Shown: piece by piece, positions 47,473 through 51,310 of the stretch
How positions within the stretch are numbered: the stretch's first letter is position 1
How the letters are laid out: every line of letters begins with the position of its first letter
From: a virus
Taxonomy: Duplodnaviria > Caudoviricetes
Virus record (IMG/VR): IMGVR_UViG_3300032116_000296
Coordinates: 1 to 51,310 of that record
DNA: 51,310 nt
Strand: one strand, 5' to 3'
Made by a program: the position numbers and the translations under genes
The notes under the pieces: model-generated
Seen by the model: only the letters and a program-made list of their open reading frames with translations
Database searches by the model: none
What the model was told of the DNA's origin: nothing

Positions 47473-48765
47473 TTAGGCGAACAAATCTTCTAGGGTAGAA
47501 ATCTTTTCGTATGCTTTCGGATGATATTTTTGTACCATCTCTCTTCCACCATTTCTTTCCAAGTAGTCATACCACTCTTGTTCTTCCCACATTCCTTCGG
47601 AAATACCGTTCCAAAGACGTCGTTGGAGTCTGTGTTCCTTGTTCTTTCGACGTGACTCAACATAATTAAATCGATGATCTTCATACTCTTTGCTCCCAAG
47701 TTCGAGCATCTTCTCGCGCAAGTAACATACAAGACTGATTCGTTCAGCCACATCATCTTGCAATTCAATAGGTGTATTGCCATGAATGTACTCATGATTA
47801 TTAACTAACAACAAGTCACCTGGACGTACATTCACAGCAATACGAACTTCTGGAAGAATTAGATATCCACCTGTATAGTTGCCATTGTTAGACAATACAA
47901 GAAGATTACTCAAGCCATTTGAAAAGTCACCAGCATCACGATGTGCAGCAGTGCGGAAAGTTTTGTTCACAGTGATTGTTGTAAACACAGTTTCTGGAAC
48001 CAAGAATGCTGGATCGATTTTATTTGCTGCTTCTCTCTGAGCCGCATGACGAGTCGGAAGTAACTCAGCAAATCCACGATCTAGCGTTTGTAGAAACGGG
48101 AACGAGAGTTTGAATTTGTCATATGAATGTTGTGTATAAGCGGTTGCGCGACCATATGGAATGCGCGGATAACGATCGAACCATCCAGCAATGCCAGAGA
48201 ATACAACATTGGCATAACTTGTATCTGATATATAAGTTTCTGAAACGCCGAGTGCTTCTTCTTTGCGTTCTTTGACAGACATCTTTACAACTTTTTTCAG
48301 CCAAGATTCAAAATCGAAATTATCCTCTTTGACCTTTGAATTCAACCAAACCATACCGCGAGCAGATTCTGTATCAGTGTACATCTCGCGCAATCTTTCA
48401 ATTTCTTCTTTTACATTAATTGCAATGACTGCATTTTCTGGTTCTTTCTTTATGAAATCAAGAACACGCAACTGAAATTCTGTCACCCACTCACGACCAC
48501 CACACTTCTCACCCTTTGGTCCAGCGGCAAGTCCACGATTCTGAGTTTGTGTTGCTGCTTCGCGCAACCCAGCATATGCCGCTTCTTGTTGTTCTTTGCT
48601 AAAATAATTTTTGCGAAACTTGAATGCGATATTATTTTCATCTTCGCTTTGAAAATAACAATCAGTGTCTTCTTCAATAATGGTATCAAAATGCGACTCA
48701 TCTAAGAATTGTCCTAGTAGATGTTCACAATCAACTTTTGATTTTGCGATAATTACTTTGGTCAT
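47473..48765 (-). CDS. TET/JBP-family 2OG-Fe(II) dioxygenase (pyrimidine 5-methyl hydroxylase)
   Basis: SGIAGWFDRYPRIPYGR, FTTITVNKTFRTAAHRDAGD (HxD), GGYLILPE, HGNT (distal His), RISLVCYLRE (2OG-binding Arg). Confidence 0.85.
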   Translation of the reverse strand: MTKVIIAKSKVDCEHLLGQFLDESHFDTIIEEDTDCYFQSEDENNIAFKFRKNYFSKEQQEAAYAGLREAATQTQNRGLAAGPKGEKCGGREWVTEFQLRVLDFIKKEPENAVIAINVKEEIERLREMYTDTESARGMVWLNSKVKEDNFDFESWLKKVVKMSVKERKEEALGVSETYISDTSYANVVFSGIAGWFDRYPRIPYGRATAYTQHSYDKFKLSFPFLQTLDRGFAELLPTRHAAQREAANKIDPAFLVPETVFTTITVNKTFRTAAHRDAGDFSNGLSNLLVLSNNGNYTGGYLILPEVRIAVNVRPGDLLLVNNHEYIHGNTPIELQDDVAERISLVCYLREKMLELGSKEYEDHRFNYVESRRKNKEHRLQRRLWNGISEGMWEEQEWYDYLERNGGREMVQKYHPKAYEKISTLEDLFA

Positions 48766-48785
48766 AATTTTCTCCTGCTCATGAT

Positions 48786-48814
48786 ATTATATATCCAGAA
48801 GAATTCAATGTCAA
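48786..48814 (-). promoter_or_regulatory. Perfect-consensus sigma70 promoter heading the modification operon
   Basis: TTGACA (48809-48814), 17 bp, TATAAT (48786-48791), then SD AGGAG. Confidence 0.85.
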
Positions 48815-48829
48815 ACTCAGTATTTTCCG

Positions 48830-48866
48830 AAACAAATGAAACTGTGGGGGCATTGCACCCCCACAG
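48830..48866 (-). terminator. Rho-independent terminator (possibly bidirectional)
   Basis: Perfect 9-bp stem ctgtggggg / cccccacag (48842-48866). T-rich tail on the minus strand (TTTCATTTGTTT) and a T-run on the plus strand. Confidence 0.8.
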
Positions 48867-48895
48867 AACTTTTTTAGTTTTTAAGAACAGGCTGA

Positions 48896-49207
48896 TTAGC
48901 CATTCATCGAAACGCTGATGGCGTTACGATAGAGGGTCTTGCGAGCACGAGCAATCTGACCGCGCTCGAGATAATTCGAGAAAGCAGTCGAAGGATTGCC
49001 AAGGCGATACGCAAACACCTTCTCACCACGCGAATTGGTGACGCGATTGGTGTATACAGAGATACCCTCATTGCGTGCACGATAAGCGAGGTCGGCAACA
49101 TTCTCAACCTTGAACAGATTACGAGCCTGTCGGCTGGTGACCTGATTGCCATCGGCGAGATAAGTCACAAACGAGTTAAGTGCATTAGACATATAATATA
49201 CCTTCAC
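48896..49207 (-). CDS. Small basic protein, possible winged-helix DNA-binding protein
   Basis: YLADGNQVTSRQARNLFKVENV...R.RNEG..VYTN..........YRLG.P. Has its own promoter and terminator. Confidence 0.6.
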   Translation of the reverse strand: MKVYYMSNALNSFVTYLADGNQVTSRQARNLFKVENVADLAYRARNEGISVYTNRVTNSRGEKVFAYRLGNPSTAFSNYLERGQIARARKTLYRNAISVSMNG

Positions 49208-49225
49208 AAAAACACCCCTTCAATA

Positions 49226-49293
49226 ATATCGCAAAGTTGGGGCTTGCCTTGCGATATACCATTTATTATATACTAACAAATGGCAAAAGTAAA
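49226..49293 (-). promoter_or_regulatory. Promoter (TTTACT-17-TATAAT) plus leader stem-loop
   Basis: -35 at 49288-49293 and -10 at 49265-49270. Inverted repeat atatcgcaa / ttgcgatat at 49226-49257. Confidence 0.7.
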
Positions 49294-49835
49294 GTATCAT
49301 TGATAACTTAATGATAATTAAAGTTTATAACAACTCTACAATTTTGATCTGTACAACCTGTGCCTGTATGTTCTAAATCAGCACTGAATATTGCAATTCT
49401 ATTCTCAACACTAGAAATTTTAGAACCATCACGAAATGCAGTGTATCCATCATTTGTGTTCAAATACAATACTGCAGTTTTATGATCACCTTGAGATGGA
49501 ACATCAGTATGATAACCATGCTCAATCACACTCTTATCTCTTGGCACCAAGTTTGCTTTAATTTTTATCAAAGACAACACACCAAGTTTATCAATAACAG
49601 GATGCAGCATATCAAAATAGTTACTTCTTGGAATCAATTTCTCATAAAAAATGTGAGTAAACTGATAGTTGCCAAGAATTTTTTCATCGTAAACCACACT
49701 CTCATTATAGTACCAAGGAAACTCTGCACTGTGTATACAGACATGCTTTATTCTTTGGAATATTTCTTTTGTCAAGAAATTATCAATAATTTTTATATTA
49801 TCATTCATTGTATGCTAACAAATGGCAAAAGTAAA
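49273..49835. repeat. 21-bp exact direct repeat flanking the 2OG-Fe(II) gene
   Basis: ctaacaaatggcaaaagtaaa at 49273-49293 and 49815-49835. Confidence 0.9.
49308..49808 (-). CDS. Small 2OG-Fe(II) oxygenase (aquatic T4-like phage type)
   Basis: IIDNFL, FPWY, QFTH.FY, KIKANL, HGYHTD (HxD), TAVLYLNTNDGYT, HTGT, RVVINFNY. Confidence 0.85.
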   Translation of the reverse strand: MNDNIKIIDNFLTKEIFQRIKHVCIHSAEFPWYYNESVVYDEKILGNYQFTHIFYEKLIPRSNYFDMLHPVIDKLGVLSLIKIKANLVPRDKSVIEHGYHTDVPSQGDHKTAVLYLNTNDGYTAFRDGSKISSVENRIAIFSADLEHTGTGCTDQNCRVVINFNYH

Positions 49836-49842
49836 CTTTTGA

Positions 49843-50028
49843 TTACAGCGGATGCCGTTCCTCAAAAGTTTGCATCCAATTCAACAAAAAACTCTTGGCT
49901 TCCTTCCGAGTCACACCAAACTCTTCGACGATGTACGGTGCAGCACCAAACATATTCGTCACACCAGACTCGCGAAGTTCATCCAAGAAATAATTGACTT
50001 GTTCTTGCAAACTCATATCGGTCTCCAT
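49843..50028 (-). CDS. Conserved phage hypothetical protein
   Basis: FLDELRESGVTNMFGAAPY...F......A...L..WM. Confidence 0.7.
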   Translation of the reverse strand: METDMSLQEQVNYFLDELRESGVTNMFGAAPYIVEEFGVTRKEAKSFLLNWMQTFEERHPL

Positions 50029-51310
50029 TAGAACGGCATATCATTGGTTTCACGATCAAGAGCAGTTATCAAAGTCTTGGCAACTCGATCGATAACCTGT
50101 TGCTCAGTCAATCCTGAACCCTGATGCTCTACCATATCCATGGCAGTCATCACCACTTCTTGTGTTTGACCATTCTTGGTCACGCGAACGGTAAGATTGC
50201 CACTGTTCGGGTCATTCATCGTTTCTACCTGAACATCATTCTTCGGCGCAACTGGAGCAGTTGCCTCAGCATCAACCTTCGTGTACAGATCCAAGAACGC
50301 AGTCTTGGTGTCCGTGTCGAATCGGTTCAAGCACATCTCGATTGCCTTCAAACGATTCTTGAAGATAGAGAATGCCTTGCTGATATGCACAAGACGACGA
50401 GTCGAGATGACTTCATCAACCGCACCGTCGTTGAAAGACTTGCGGATGACTTCAGCCCATGTAATCAATCGTTCAATGAACACATCATCATTGATGCCGA
50501 GTTCAGCAAAATTCTTCTCAAGAATCTTGCGCTCAGTGGCAGCAGGAGGATAGTCCTGCTCAACAGTCACAGCGAAACGCTCGAGGAACGCTTCGTTGAG
50601 GATGTTGGTGCCGATGAATCGACCATCGTCGCTGCCCTTACCCTTGGTGTTCGCAGTCGCAAGCACCGTGAAACCAGCAGCAGGATGCACAACCTCACCA
50701 GTCTTCTTGTCGAAGTATGGCTTGCCTTCAAGAATCGGCTGCAAGCAGAGGATGTCCTCGGTGCCAAGATCACACTCATCGAGCAGAAGCACAGCACCAC
50801 GACGCATCGCAGTCAGCACAGGACCTTCACGGCGCACAGTGCTGCCGTCAATCAACTCATACGAACCAATGAGGTCAGACTCATCGGTGCGCTTGGTGAT
50901 ATTCACACGAACCAACTCACGCTTGAGCGCAGCACACACCTGCTCAATCATCATCGTCTTGCCGTTGCCAGAAAGACCAGTGATGTAGATGGGATAGAAG
51001 ATTCGCGAACTGATGATGTTCTTCAGATCATTGTAGAATCCGAACGGAACATAGGTGCCGTTCTTTTGCGGCACAAATGACTCAGTCACATTCTGCGCAC
51101 GACGAGACGCAAGATTCACAACCTGCGCGACGGGAGCCATCGCAACAGCAGACACAGATTGCTGTTGAACGACAGGAGTCGCGCGACCAGCACTCTTGGG
51201 TACAATGTTGAAAGTATTGCGAGCAACCTTGCGCTCACGAAGAATAAAATACGGGAAATGCTCAACCTTGTTCTTCTCAAGGAACGCATTGAGTTCCTTG
51301 AGCGAGATGG
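50028..51310 (-). CDS. cobS: CobS/MoxR-like AAA+ ATPase (partial; start lies beyond right end)
   Basis: ITGLSGNGKT, VLLLDE, ATANTKGKGSDDGRFIGTNILNEAFLERF, ISTRRL. The frame stays open from 51155 to the window end (..ISLKELNAFLEKNKVEHFPYFILRE..). Confidence 0.85.
   Translation of the reverse strand, partial: ISLKELNAFLEKNKVEHFPYFILRERKVARNTFNIVPKSAGRATPVVQQQSVSAVAMAPVAQVVNLASRRAQNVTESFVPQKNGTYVPFGFYNDLKNIISSRIFYPIYITGLSGNGKTMMIEQVCAALKRELVRVNITKRTDESDLIGSYELIDGSTVRREGPVLTAMRRGAVLLLDECDLGTEDILCLQPILEGKPYFDKKTGEVVHPAAGFTVLATANTKGKGSDDGRFIGTNILNEAFLERFAVTVEQDYPPAATERKILEKNFAELGINDDVFIERLITWAEVIRKSFNDGAVDEVISTRRLVHISKAFSIFKNRLKAIEMCLNRFDTDTKTAFLDLYTKVDAEATAPVAPKNDVQVETMNDPNSGNLTVRVTKNGQTQEVVMTAMDMVEHQGSGLTEQQVIDRVAKTLITALDRETNDMPF

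Noticed and set aside
50124-51080. 318-aa plus-strand ORF
   Set aside because: Antisense shadow of the CobS-like ATPase. Biased codon usage on the coding strand explains the lack of stops, and the translation has no recognisable motifs.
50028-51310. CobS as evidence for phage cobalamin biosynthesis
   Set aside because: This MoxR-type AAA ATPase is a common gene of T4-like phages, and no other cobalamin genes are present in the window.
1-51310. Alternative genetic code or stop-codon reassignment
   Set aside because: Core genes translate full-length with the standard code, and TAA, TAG and TGA all serve as stops.

Overview
A 51-kb segment of a T4-like (myovirus-type) bacteriophage genome, probably from an aquatic phage of a Gram-negative host (inferred from the gene set, a lipoprotein and a Tat-signal protein). 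Essentially all genes lie on the minus strand. From left to right: (1) collagen and heptad-repeat tail-fibre genes; (2) a lysis cassette with a GH19 + peptidase-M15 double-catalytic endolysin; (3) a block of probable capsid-internal proteins with repeated prohead-protease-like cleavage motifs; (4) an rfbB-rfbA-rfbH-SDR deoxysugar cluster; (5) the replication core (gp41, UvsX, gp43); (6) a glycosyl-/methyltransferase cassette and an island of small early genes; (7) dCMP deaminase, Hsp20, dUTPase, RegA, gp62/44/45 and dNMP kinase; (8) a candidate DNA-hypermodification operon; and (9) a truncated CobS/MoxR AAA ATPase. The operon in (8) is the most striking element: TET/JBP dioxygenase, class II glutamine amidotransferase, amidoligase, GNAT, an inserted GIY-YIG/ParB-like gene, amino acid:DNA transferase (aGPT-Pplase2-like), P-loop kinase and a GT-A-like protein. 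It could build an undescribed modified base after replication. Notable non-coding features are a 73-nt cloverleaf-like RNA candidate, an antisense sigma70 promoter, a gene flanked by a duplicated promoter, and twin leaderless promoters sharing an 18-bp upstream box. All family calls come from motif recognition by eye; no database searches were run.
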